Assembly (NCBI RefSeq): GCF_964355755.1 | Contig: NC_092673.1 | Span: forward strand, 1,798,001 to 1,862,000 | Direction of reading: 5' to 3' | Origin: Antedon mediterranea | Taxonomy: Eukaryota; Animalia; Echinodermata | Length of the DNA: 64,000 nt | In this document: piece by piece, positions 13,073 through 25,100 of the stretch | How positions within the stretch are numbered: position 1 is the stretch's first letter | Layout: each line of letters begins with the position of its first letter | Notes under the pieces: model-generated | Databases searched by the model: none | Told to the model about the DNA's origin: nothing | What the model saw: the letters and a program-made list of their open reading frames with translations, nothing else | Program-made: the position numbers and the translations under genes

Positions 13073-16000
13073 CTAAGTTTGGTCTACATCTTGAGTAAGA
13101 TCAACTTTTGTCATGACGGTGGTCTTACGCATTCCTCCACGGATACCAGCCAGGAATGTTTGTGGACGTGGTACATTCGTGCCTGTACTTTGTAGTGTCT
13201 GTGTCTCAGACTCCCTGCAATAAGAATAGAACATAATTAGTAGTTATATCTCACATACTCTATCTCATAGCTATTGCAATTATTCTATGTCAATGGGAGC
13301 GATATAGCATAATGGCATGATGGCATGGCATAATGGCATGGGTTCGAGACCTTGCTGTGGCATTTTAATTTCATTCTAAAGCACTGTCTACATTAGTGAT
13401 ATGCCCAAATATAGTAGTGATATGATGTCATCGTCAATATATGGGCACATCACATTTTTTTCTCACATAAAGTTTGATAGTGTAGACAGAGTTTTAGGCA
13501 AGATGGTTTACTTTCATTGCCTGACAAGATGTTGATGCATGTGTACAAAAAAAAATAATTTGAAAAAAGTAGGGTCATGACCATCATTGGTTCATGAGAA
13601 AGTGTCCTCTTAATGGGCGTGTCCCCTGAATGGGCGTGTCCTAAAGGAGAGGTTCAAATTCAAAATAGTAACATACTTTGGTAGGTAGACTTGTGTTACG
13701 TTGTCTCTTCTCAGATTGCTTAGGTTTGTCTGTGCTGAGTGCGTCACCTTATTTCGCAGGTTGGCCTGTAAAAACAATGTGAAATCATTTTTATAAGATG
13801 AAATATCTATTCTAAATGTTTGTATTGGTCTTTAATGATGAAAACTTAATTTGTGGGTGAACTATTGATGGCAGATAGGAAGTGGAATGGAATCTAGTCA
13901 TATAAGTTTGGGTATGTCCTGGACTAAGTAAGTAACTATTGATGGCAAACAAAACAAAACTGACCAGTTTGATGGCTTTCCTCCGCAGTTCCCACTCATT
14001 CCATTCGTAAGATTTGACAATGTTTGACTCTATTGGGTGCACTTCAGTCTGGATTCCAGCATCACATTTAGTAATTGGTTTCTCGATCATTTTGCCTTGG
14101 TCTCTCCCCTATCATTACAAGCATTATTAAAGAATTAATTGTAGTTTCTACCAAAATGTCAGAAAGAAAATAAAGGCATGTATTCTCATATTTATGAAAA
14201 AATCCACCAAAATTGTGTCGAGATAGAAAATCCCAATGTCCATACATGTGCACAATGAATTAACATGACATAGCTCGATCCTAATTGTAGCAAGGTTGTA
14301 GCTTGGTGGTTAACGTGCTTCTCTTCCAATCCCAAGGTTCAGTGTCCTACCTAGCGCCAGGTAACTCACAACTCTTTCAACTCAACTCCCTAAGCCTCAA
14401 ATGAGATTTAGTTTATAAGCACGATAAATTATAAAATAGTTTATCTATCCAGTAATTGCCGAGTTACTCGCTGTTGGATGCGTATGAATTTAAAAAAACA
14501 AATAAATAATAAAATTCAAAAGCTTCAAATTACTCAAAAGAACAAACATTTTACCTGTGAGTATGGTGTAATAGTCGCAAACTGAGCGTGTAATTCCAGA
14601 AGCTGAATCAACTCCGGTGATTTCTTAGCGCATTCTGCGACCATTATGATGTAGGAATCCGGATCAGAGGCAAACTCGTACGCAGCTTGTTTCGATGAAA
14701 ACACGTAGTGACGATTCTGGTAGCGCATCACTCCAATATCAGGGTTACCTGGAATCAGAAGGATGTTTTGTTGCACCAACGTCCAGCCGCAATATCCCTA
14801 CAAAATAAATGTTCTGTTTTTACACGCCTAGCAGTAACAACATCAATTGCAAAAAAACATACAAAAAGGAGGAGAGAAGATGATTGTATGTTAAAGCATA
14901 CAATTAAACTCATATTAACAAGTTAAGAATGTACTTTGCATTTAAGCTATTCCTGCCCAGCATTTTTCACTCTTTTATGTTGTACTGTATGTTATTGTCA
15001 GTGGCGTAACGCAGAGGCCTGAGGTTTAGGAATTCTAAGTGCCCTTCAACGCTGGAGGCCTCGAGCATTTTTAGCCTTTTTCGACATATTTTAATGCCTG
15101 TTTTTCCCCCTTGGACACTGCTCGGGGCTCCCATAAGCTCCGGGGCCCCTGGGTTAAGCCAGTGAGCGCTCATAGCCGTTATGCCATTGGTTATGTATTG
15201 TTATTATGCTGGTTGAAATAATAAACAAAAAAATACAATTTCTGTTTGTAGGAATTTGAATACTACCTTGTATTGTAATACCAAACGTTCAAAGTTCTTT
15301 GTAGTCTCTGGAAACAACCACTCTACATTGTTCAGGTCTGATGGCTTCACACAATTTTCAGCACCTCCAGACTAACAAACAACAAAGATCAATTAGGAAC
15401 CACTAATCTTTACATTTGTTACATCACAACAATAAACAGTAAGAAAGATATGCTTTGAACCTGTTTATCAGTTGTAAAATATAATACAGCAAATAGCCTT
15501 ATTAGTGTCCTAATAATAGGGGTGTCCCCAGGATAGGAGTTGGCCGTAGTCATATTGCTCTTTCTCATCTCTTAACATGTCCCCTGAATGGGGGGATCCC
15601 AAAGAAGGGGTTCTATTGTATAAACCTCATACAAAATTTAGTTCAGAAAATATGATTTGTACAAGATTAAAGCTCTGTCTACACTATATAAAACTAGTTT
15701 GATAAAAAAAGTGTGATGTGCTCAAATACAGGTATGGTAGTGATATGACATCATCATGTTCATATGGGCACATATTTTTGTCACATAAAGTTTGATAGTG
15801 TGGACAAGGCTTTAGTTTGGAAAGAATTGGTTTGTCTTGTATCGTGTTAAACTTGCTAAATTAGTCAGAATTATCGAAAAACATAGATTATGCCTAACTG
15901 ATGATTACTAAAACAATCTTACCATTTTCAGCCGGTCTTCATCTGTTAAAACTTGAATTTCATTGAGAGATTGATCAAGTATTTCATCATTAAACACTTC

Positions 16001-19000
16001 TCGATGACCCTATTTGGATTAAAAGTTGTTGATTTTTTGCATAAAATACTGATATGTTGTAAATAAAATTAATATAAAATTTATACAGAAAAGTTGACAT
16101 TTATTAATAAATATTTCAAACGCATAATACAGCGAACGTTTCTATGCATGAGTTTACCTTGGTAAAAGGTTCAAGGCTAGCCAATATGTTACTGAGCACG
16201 CTCAGTAATACCATCTCATCTTGAAAACAACTCCATAAGTGAGATAGGTTAATGAACTGAGGCTGAAAAGATAAAAAATCATTGTATTAAACGACTTCAG
16301 TTTCCTGACATGATTGTAAGTATAAAAAACAATATTCAAATTCAAAATGTTACACTTTTGTTTCATCTGAAATGGACATAACACAGTTGTATTTATTTAT
16401 TTTTTATTTATTCATAGGAATCACCTTTGTTTGTTTGTTTGTTTTATCTTACTGGGTGACCTCTTCAGTCAAAGACTGATCTCCCAGAGGGCCCAGTTGG
16501 TGATCAGTGGCTGTGATGTACTAATACACCGGGGTAACCCCCTACTCATCTCGAAAGATGTACTAGGTTCTTTAAAGTGCACACGAGCAAGTTGTGTACA
16601 CTGGACCTACGGTTTATAGTCCTTATCCGAGAAGACTCGTTCTACCACCAGAACCATGAAGTGAGTGAGTCTCGAACCCCTGCCGATGTTATGGCTACGT
16701 GATTACGGTTCCACTGTCTTAACCGCTCGGCCACTCACTTTATATTGGTGGCACACATTTATCAGTTAATGGTGCATCCAATTTACAAACAAAATTACAA
16801 ATAACATAAGCTACAACCTAATATATAACATCAAAACAAAATGTAAAAAAATTAATTAAATCTGTATGCGGTATTTTAATTGGGTGTGTGAATTGAGATA
16901 CCAATATTGAGTAAATAATATATAGCTTATCAACAATGAGAAAGCTACACGAAGACCATTTTCATTGCAATTATTTGCCATCATGTGACTTACATAGACT
17001 TGTGCTGTGGGTACTGCTGTTTTGGACTGGACAGTAGCTTGGAGGTGTTCCATTCTAGATGCTAGCTGGGATTCAAACATCTCAACCTGCTGAGCACAAC
17101 TTATTACATCATTCTAAGAAAAAGAAATCAGTGTAAACTTCACTGTTCATCAATTCCTGCTTGGGATAAATTCTACCAATGTTTAGACCAAAACTATGAC
17201 TATTATTAAATGTTGTCTATTGTTGAAACACCTGGGACATTATGTAAATATAAAACAATTCCAGGACTTACTAGGATAATCCTAAGGAATGCTTCATGTT
17301 GCCTAGAATTGATCATGGATTCTCGCAGAAGCTGCAACGACGGGCCATCTTGCATCTCATTGGCCATCATGTGCTCAATCAGGGCTGCAAGACAAAACCA
17401 TTTTTATCAAATCAATAATATTATAAATTAGATCACATTGTTGTGGATTGTCTTTTCTCTTTCAAATTTAAATTTACTGGGATACATAATACAACAGTCA
17501 CTAACTTCATTTATAGCTTCTGTAGCTACAAGATATTTCAAATACAATTTTCAGTTACAGGCAAGTATAATACTAAAATGTCAAAAACCCAAAATATAGC
17601 AAATGTAATAATTATGGGCATAAAACAATTTGTAAAAAACAGGGACTACCATATTGCAGTGAAATTTGCTGTCATCATTGTTAACAAGTAGCAGACTTAC
17701 CAGTGTACTTAAACGCAGTGTGGCATGTTCATCATTGTTAACAAGTAGCAGACTTACCAGTGTACTTAAACGCAGTGTGGCATGTTCATCATTGTTAACA
17801 AGTAGCAGACTTACCAGTGTACTTAAACGCAGTGTGGCATGTTCTTTGTGTGGCTGCGTCTACATTCTGTGTTGTTGCTGGGATTGCCTCATTCAATATT
17901 GCAGGCACTGTCGAGAAGCAAACATTATAAAGAGGTGAATTTGTGAGACAGGAGACATCAATTTCAAATATAATGCATGTTTGTATCAATATTTGTTTAG
18001 AAACTAATTGAAAATTCAGAGTACAGTACATTATTTATTCATTGGCAGAAAGTGACTACAGTACTGGTATCAAATTAACTGTACTGTATATCTCCTGCAA
18101 ACCTTTTTTTATATTTTAAGGGATTCTTAATTATTCTCCTTTATAATAAGCATTTATGTTTTCTATATTGTTTTATTTTTTTGTGATTAATATTGGTTTT
18201 GCATTGTTTATGTGAGCACACTAGGTAATCAACTTTGCTGTTTTGGGTTACCCTCCCCTCCCTAGTTTTATTAATTCATGCCATGCTTTAAAAATCAAAT
18301 ATAACTGATGTATAAACTTACAGTCATCTATTCCTTCTCCTCCTTTACCGCATTCTTTATTAAAAAGTCTGATGCCAGTTACGATGTTTGTTAGTTCCAC
18401 TAGTTGGCGCTCTTTGTCACGCTTTGTCAACGACATGAATGTTCCAAGTTCAGTTTGAGGAAAGATGCTTTGCAGTGCCGCTGTAAGAAATAAAAATAAC
18501 CAAAATATCTATAAAACAATGTGCGTGGCAATAGCTGCAATGACATGGCAATTTAAAATATAACATTTGTAATAAATTATGCTTAATTATAATATATGCT
18601 TAAAGCTTGTTTTCCCGTCAACGTTATCATTAACAATAATCGGCAATCTTCTACGTAAACATTGAAATGTTAACGATTTACAGGAAAAGGTACTCGCTAT
18701 CGTTATCATTTCAACTTAATTGTTTTCACATGATCGTCATTGAACTGTTAACGATCAACGACGATAGCGTCGAATAACGTCGACAGGAAAGCAGGCTTTA
18801 GTCAACAAACCATTTACAACAGTTTGTTTTGTTTGCTATGTGTATTGCAATAAATTAAAGGGTATGTTTACCTGTAGCTTCTCTAACCACTGCTATATCA
18901 GTTGGTGAACCCAGACCAGAACGCAGCAATACGGCAGATACAATCTTACGATACAAGCCTTCTAGCTCTTCCCTAGTTCTTGCACGGCTGTCTGTGATCT

Positions 19001-19809
19001 CCCGAATCACCGGCATCAATCGCTGTTCAAGAACACGCCGATGCTCTTCAAGAAAGTCTCCTAAAATTTCATAATTTGTAAAAATGGGGTTAATCAACAA
19101 GCATAGGTGTTTTTCTTTTCCTTGACAGAAATGTAGATAAATGAGAAAAAATACAGTAAAATAATTGACATTGTTACTACCTCGTGTAGTGTAATTCATA
19201 TCAAAGTAAACCTGCATCTTGACTGTATCCAGAGCTGGTGATCTTGTGTCAAGAAGTCTTTCAACACATATCTATAAATACACATTTAAAAGAGAGAAAC
19301 AATTAGATCAAAAATGTATGGAATGGCACTAACCATAGTGTATTATGTTCAATACTCACACAAATGACCAGTTGGTTCATATTATTTATTTTATTTCATT
19401 TCATCAAACCAACAGCAACAAAAGTTGCTACTTAAAGGTAAAAACATGAATAAAATCATCCTTTAGTTATCACCAAAAAGTTGGTTATGAATGCTGGAAT
19501 AATTGGTGCACATAGAGATGAAATTAATATAGTCAATTTAATTAATTATTTATAATATATATTTTTAACAAATTGGTATAAAAAATCTAGATATAGTTTT
19601 TGTTAATGCTACAGTACCTTAATTAACTTTTGGACATCATCTTTGGTTAGCGTCCTGTCAACATTAAACTCATTTGACGGGTCAAGTACGACCGCTTTGA
19701 CCATGAATGCTACAAGTGTTTCAGAAACTGCTTGACCCTTACTCGCACATTCTTGAGCAATTTCACGTATTATGTTTTTTATGACACTTTCCGCCTGTGC
19801 ACGGGACAT
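13073..19809 (-). CDS. CFAP206: Cilia- and flagella-associated protein 206
   Basis: N-terminus MSRAQAESVIKNIIREIAQEC...LVAFMVKAVVLDPSNEFNVDRTL; C-terminal YEWNEWELRRKAIKL and NVPRPQTFLAGIRGG. About 14 exons, approximately 19618-19809, 19181-19271, 18872-19060, 18323-18481, 17817-17907, 17271-17384, 16995-17114, 16158-16263, 15923-16010, 15268-15372, 14555-14800, 13966-14108, 13675-13766, 13073-13214. Confidence 0.95.
13378..13495. mobile_element. AGCTCTGTCTACAC-family MITE, apparently inserted in a degenerate tRNA-SINE
   Basis: TIRs taaagcactgtctaca / tgtagacagagtttta; a B-box-like ggttcgagacc lies upstream at ~13341. Confidence 0.7.
14294..14512 (+). mobile_element. Degenerate tRNA-derived SINE
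   Basis: A-box-like gtagcttggtggttaacgtgc, B-box-like ggttcagt, A-rich tail aaacaaataaataat. Confidence 0.5.
14999..15189. mobile_element. hAT-like MITE
   Basis: TIR cagtggcgtaacg / cgttatgccattg with similar 8-bp flanks gttattgt / gttatgta. Confidence 0.65.
15668..15814. mobile_element. AGCTCTGTCTACAC-family MITE
   Basis: ttaaagctctgtctacactat ... atagtgtggacaaggcttta. Confidence 0.8.
16425..16738 (-). mobile_element. tRNA-headed SINE with Deu/Nin-type central domain
   Basis: Minus strand shows A box tggccgagcggttaag, B box ggttcgagact, central ggataaggactataaaccgtaggtcc...ttaaagaacc...gagtaggggg and an (aaac)n tail. Confidence 0.8.
17673..17845. repeat. Triplicated ~57-bp unit spanning a CFAP206 exon end and its 5' splice site
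   Basis: tcattgttaacaagtagcagacttaccagtgtacttaaacgcagtgtggcatgttc occurs three times. Confidence 0.92.
18600..18800. mobile_element. Harbinger-like MITE
   Basis: taaagcttgttttcccgtcaacgttat ... ataacgtcgacaggaaagcaggcttta imperfect TIRs. Confidence 0.6.
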
Positions 19810-20365
19810 TGTTCTCAAATATTTGTACTTTCAATGTTGATATAGTTTGCAATCTACAGTAGGGATGTGTCAATAAAACATTGTTAATATATTAATCATA
19901 CTCCTGCACAAACCTCCTAGAACACATAGGCCTAGTCATAGTATAGATAGAGCTCTAGGCTACCTATGCCCTTATGCCAGGCCCGGGCGGGTTAGTAGCC
20001 TAGGCCTAGTGCGGTAAATCACTAGTAGGAGGCCTCTACTAACTAGGCCTAAGCCAGGTACTACTAGCCTAGGCCTACTTTAGCTTTTATTTAGGCCTAG
20101 TTAGGCCTAGGCCCTAGAGGCATAGCCATACATAGTAGTATCCCAGTAGTAGGCCTACTACAGGCATAACATAGACTAACTATAGGCCCTAGGTCTAGCC
20201 TAAATAATAGTCTATTCTAACAATAGCATGTTAACTTATGTTTAGTTGTTTCGGTTTTTTACACAATACAAACATTGCAAGGAAAATAGCTATTTATTAT
20301 GGCTAGGCTAGACTTACAACTTACGTGCCTAACCTACATGTATGGTGAGACGTATTGATGTTTAT

Positions 20366-20379
20366 GTTTGCATGGTAAC
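20366..20379. promoter_or_regulatory. RFX X-box in the CFAP206 promoter
   Basis: GTTTGCATGGTAAC (reverse complement GTTACCATGCAAAC) next to a GC-rich island (20385-20505), upstream of a ciliary gene. Confidence 0.7.
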
Positions 20380-21789
20380 ACACAGGTCGGTCGTCCGCCT
20401 CCCGCCGCCGGCGGGCGGACAGCGTTTTTTATAAAAAGATCGGGCGCGCCCTCACATGACGGACACCAACAAAAAATCCCTCTACTCGCCGCCCGCCCCA
20501 CGTGAAAACTTTTACAGAAAATTACGAACTTTAGCGAGATTTCGATTAATAAGGAATGGATGATTCACGGATATCATGAAGTTTTTTTATTATTTCAATA
20601 TACGGTACATTACAAACATTTTCTTTTTTAAAGTCATAATTATTTCCATAAACACAGTGGATCAAATGTTAATATATAAAACAAATGTCTTATACAAACA
20701 GATATATAAATACAGTACTTATTTAATTTAATTAACATTTAATTAGACATAAAACAATTCAGGTAGTCAGTTTATAGTGGTTCTCCTAGCATATGTATTT
20801 GTAAAAAGTATACCTGGTCCACTTTGTATTAATTATAATTTATTTAGTTTTTGAAAAATATATTTTAATAATTTTTTAGAATTAGAATACAATTCTAGAA
20901 TATAAAATAATTTAAAACAAAAATGTTTTATATTTTTAAAGATATCAGTAGGCCACTTTGTTCTGAAATAAAAGCTAAATCAACTACACAAAGGAAACTG
21001 AATCCAATCAAAATATACATCCTCAAAACAGTTAGGTACTTAATACCTGATAGGCCCTGATTTATGATGATTAAATAGAGCACAAAATGTTACGCTACTA
21101 TTGATTGTTAAAATAATAATACATTATTATTTCTTAAATTATTTTAAAAAGCATTTAATGATGAAAGAACAATAATTAAAACTGTCAAAAAGTCGAGCAG
21201 TGTTTTTTGTAAGAAATATTTCATACCACTTATTCTTTGATGATCTTGAAATCCATAATGAATTTAAAATTACATTTTTTTTTTCTCAGCTTACTTAATT
21301 TTGTTTTAATTTGTTCTTATGTCCAATTTGTTTTTTTGTATATAATAAGTGTGTGTATTATTTTTCACTGTAAACTTGTTGCACATCTCACTGAGACTGT
21401 GCCTCTGATTTAAAAGAGATACAATAAAAGTTCAGTTCAGTTCAATTTTACTATATGTTTATACTATATTTTTATCTCTGTTTTTGTGATAAGTAAGCAA
21501 TGCAATGTCCAGCTTATTTGGACAATAAAAGTTATGTGTATCTGTAGCTAAAATCAAACTTGACTGTCAGATACACTTTTCGACACTTACCAATGCATTA
21601 TTGACAGGTAGTATCATTTAATGAACATCGTGAAAATGTTACAGTGATAAGTATCTCTTGATGGTGGGCGTGAATGAATGTCAGAAACCATATTGCTGGA
21701 GATGGAGATACAGCTATACAGATTCCTTTTATTATTATCCAATATAATGGAAATTACAGTGCTCATATCTTGGCTTGTCTAAAATAAAT

Positions 21790-22190
21790 AAACTATCTAA
21801 TAAATCTTCTGTTATAATGCCTTATCCCAGCTGGGTAGAACGAGTACTTGTAACGGTCCGTCTGCGCATTCACCGTCCTCATCCTACCACTTCTAACGAT
21901 AACGGAGCCAATAATATCGACATGAAGAGGATGATTTGTGCCTTCCAATATAGCATGGAACACATCGGCAAGCTGTTTGCTGTACAGCAAAGCGTTTGCA
22001 CAGACAAACCAATTACTTTCCCCACTCTACCAAGCACCTTTTCAATTTGGTCTTTATGTCCTTTACTGATATTCCCAGCCCAACATACAATATCCCCAAA
22101 TAGATAACATCACTGATGAGTAAAACATTCTACAAATATCCTGCTTTACACCACCTCAAACAGCCTTGTATTTTTAAATAGCTAAGAAGT
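21790..22190 (-). mobile_element. Degenerate LINE 3' fragment (Rex/Babar- or L2-like RT C-terminus)
   Basis: Translates to ...CWAGNISK..., HPLH...SGRMRTVNAQTDRYKYSFYPAGIRHYN with frameshifts. Confidence 0.7.
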
Positions 22191-22199
22191 TAAAACTTC

Positions 22200-25100
22200 T
22201 TAGCTATATGATACTCCTTGGCAGTTTGGGCAGCGTATATGTTTTTCCAACCATCGCTTTATACATTCAAAATGAAAAGCATGGCGGCAAGGCAACATTC
22301 GCACATCTTCCAGCTGTGGTTGAAGTTCATCAAAACAAATGGTGCATCTAAAATAAATAATTAAATGTTAATAATTCAATATCAGTGGATACTACAGTAT
22401 ATACAGAAGATTGAAACTTGACAAATATATTGGTTTGTAAAATAAACAAACTCTTCTATAAAATTTCTTTATTTGATTATCATACATTTTCAGGGACCAT
22501 ATTTGATTATTAGAGACTTTACGAAACACGACGGTTAGGGTAGGACGACGATATCGTGTGTTCGCTAGAGCGTAAAATCATTTACAGTCGGCATAGCCAT
22601 TAGTTACGCACCCTTGCGCGAAGACGACGACTGACAGTATCTCTCTCCCTCCCTTGTCTCGCGGCGTGGGGCCCTACTGAATCGATTGGCTCTGGTGGAA
22701 CAGCATAGACCTAGCCTTCCTAGCTAGGAGCCTCGCATTCAAACGCCACACAGAATGTATTGCTTCTAAAACAGCCATTTTAACCCATTCAAAATGTTAT
22801 TTCGTTAAACAATTAAATTAGTAGTTCAAATATTATTTAGAGTTTTGAAATTTCCACGTTTAAGTGTAATTTGAACGGTATATTTAAGGTTATATGTACA
22901 TTATTTCTAGTTGTTCGCCGTAAACGGGAAAATTGCAACTTTATCGTCCTCAAAAAGTTTTAATTTCACACTAAGCTCCGCCCACTTAATTAAAGCTTAT
23001 GCATAATTATTCATGAGCACCCTCCTGTTGCTTCCCATCCTGTTTCATAAAGTCCCTATTATTACTGAATTACTTATTTATTGAAAAATGGTAATGCTAC
23101 GGGTATCAGTGTCTTAAGGCCAATTTACACAGATGAGTGGTAACTGTGTAAATTCGCCTTTAATGGAGATACAAATAAAATAAGCAAAAAGCTAAAATGA
23201 ATTGAATCCGCCATATAATGCAAAAGTAGAGGCTTGGATATCTTAGATGTCTTTTTTTTCTCTTTTGGTTTGTAATTGAATCTATCAAGTACAAGCTCAA
23301 CACTCTTGAATTTTGGTTTAAAACTAGGTATCTGGAGATTGTATCATGTGCTTAGTATTCAGTACAATTTATAATTTTTAACACTACAGTACCATACATA
23401 AGAAAAATGTTCACGTACGATACTTGGCCAAAAGAGGCATCTTGCCTGTCGGTCAAAGATAGCAACTGATCTATCGCTGCTTCTGTCATGCCTGTGCCTC
23501 GACGTCTTGAAGTCTAAAATACACACAAAATTAACCTTTTTAGTTTTTTTCCATTGTTTATATTACTAGACAAATAATCGTGACAATGATCGTGTAGCAG
23601 AATCATCAGAAAATATATAAATAGAAAGAAAACCATAATAATTACAAATGATGTGGGTGACTCAATAGTATGGTCTTGTAATTGTTGAGCTTCTTCCTCT
23701 TCTGGCCACCTGGAGTCTAAAATGAGAAAACACAGTTTTGATTCAGTATATTTCACTTCTTTTTCTCTCTCTCTTTCATTGAGGTGTATATATATTTCTT
23801 GGTTGGGCCAATTGTTTTTCTTACTGTTGGATAAGAACTTTTAATTGTGTTTGAACGGCCCTAGTCCTGAATTGCATGTGGAGTAGAAATATCTCATTTT
23901 TAAAATGGAAAGATGTTAGAATTACATATATATTTCAGTGAAAAAGAACATACCTAGCATTCTTTGAAATTGGTCTAAAAGTTCAATCAGCTCTAACCGG
24001 ATTTCAATTTCAGATTCATCCAACTGAAGTTGTTCTAAGTAAAAAAAAAACAAAATTCAAAAAAAAGTTTTAATAAAGTTAATTACTTCCGCAAAAAACA
24101 AAATAAGTAAAAATGGTTAAATTCAACCAAAAACATCCAGACTACTTGACTATTGTTTGCTTAAAATTACATTTGATTAAAATAATATTGCACACCTGTG
24201 TTTTCAGCTTCAGCAGCAACAAGATTTTGTACCACAGGCATTGGTTCTAAGGAAAACAAATAAAAAATAACATTACAGTAAGTTTACCTTATAAACATAT
24301 TATTCAAACAATAAGTACATCAGGATGACAACTCAGCCTATGCTGTTTTATCTCTTGTGATGAGTTAGTTACCTCTCGGTAAGATGAAATACAAAACAAG
24401 GGTAAAGTTGAAAGGTTTATTTCATTTTTCACCTCATGAAAATATTTGTACTATCGCACTCAGAGATATCTCATTTTTAGACTGAGATATAAAGAAAACT
24501 ACTAATACTGTACATAACGGTAAAATGGAAAGATGTTAGAATTGCATATATATTTCAGTATAAAAGAACTATGATTGCAACATACCTAGAGTATGTTGCA
24601 TTCCTTCTAAAATAGTAATTAACTCGGAATTTCAATTTTTCTTTTAATTTCAGATTTCTAACTCAAATTGTTCTAAGTTAAAAAACAACATTTAAAGATA
24701 TTGTCACTCAAAAAGTTTTAATAAAGTTAATCACTTCCTTAGAAAACATTATAAAAAAAATGGTTAAATTCAACAAAAAACTCCCAGATTAATTGACTAT
24801 TGTTTTCTTAAAATTACATTTGATTAAAACAATATTGCACACCTATGTATTCAGCCTCAGCAGCAAAAAGATTTTGTACCATAGACCTTGGTTCTAAGGA
24901 AAAAAAAAATTTCATTTTTCACCTCATGAAATTATTTGTACCATCGCACTCATTCATTATTTATATTGTTTGTGGATACTGAGTAACAAATAAATAGCAG
25001 AAAACATAGTTTGATTTTACCCGTTATATTCCTTATGCCTTCAGATATACAAGTAGTATTTTGCCCATCTTTTTCAGGCTTTGTTTCACTCATCTGAGTT

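Noticed and set aside
16660-16738. tRNA gene
   Set aside because: A and B boxes are followed by a SINE body and an (AAAC)n tail with no acceptor stem.
21793-21990. Separate protein-coding gene
   Set aside because: Matches a decayed LINE RT C-terminus downstream of the RING gene stop.
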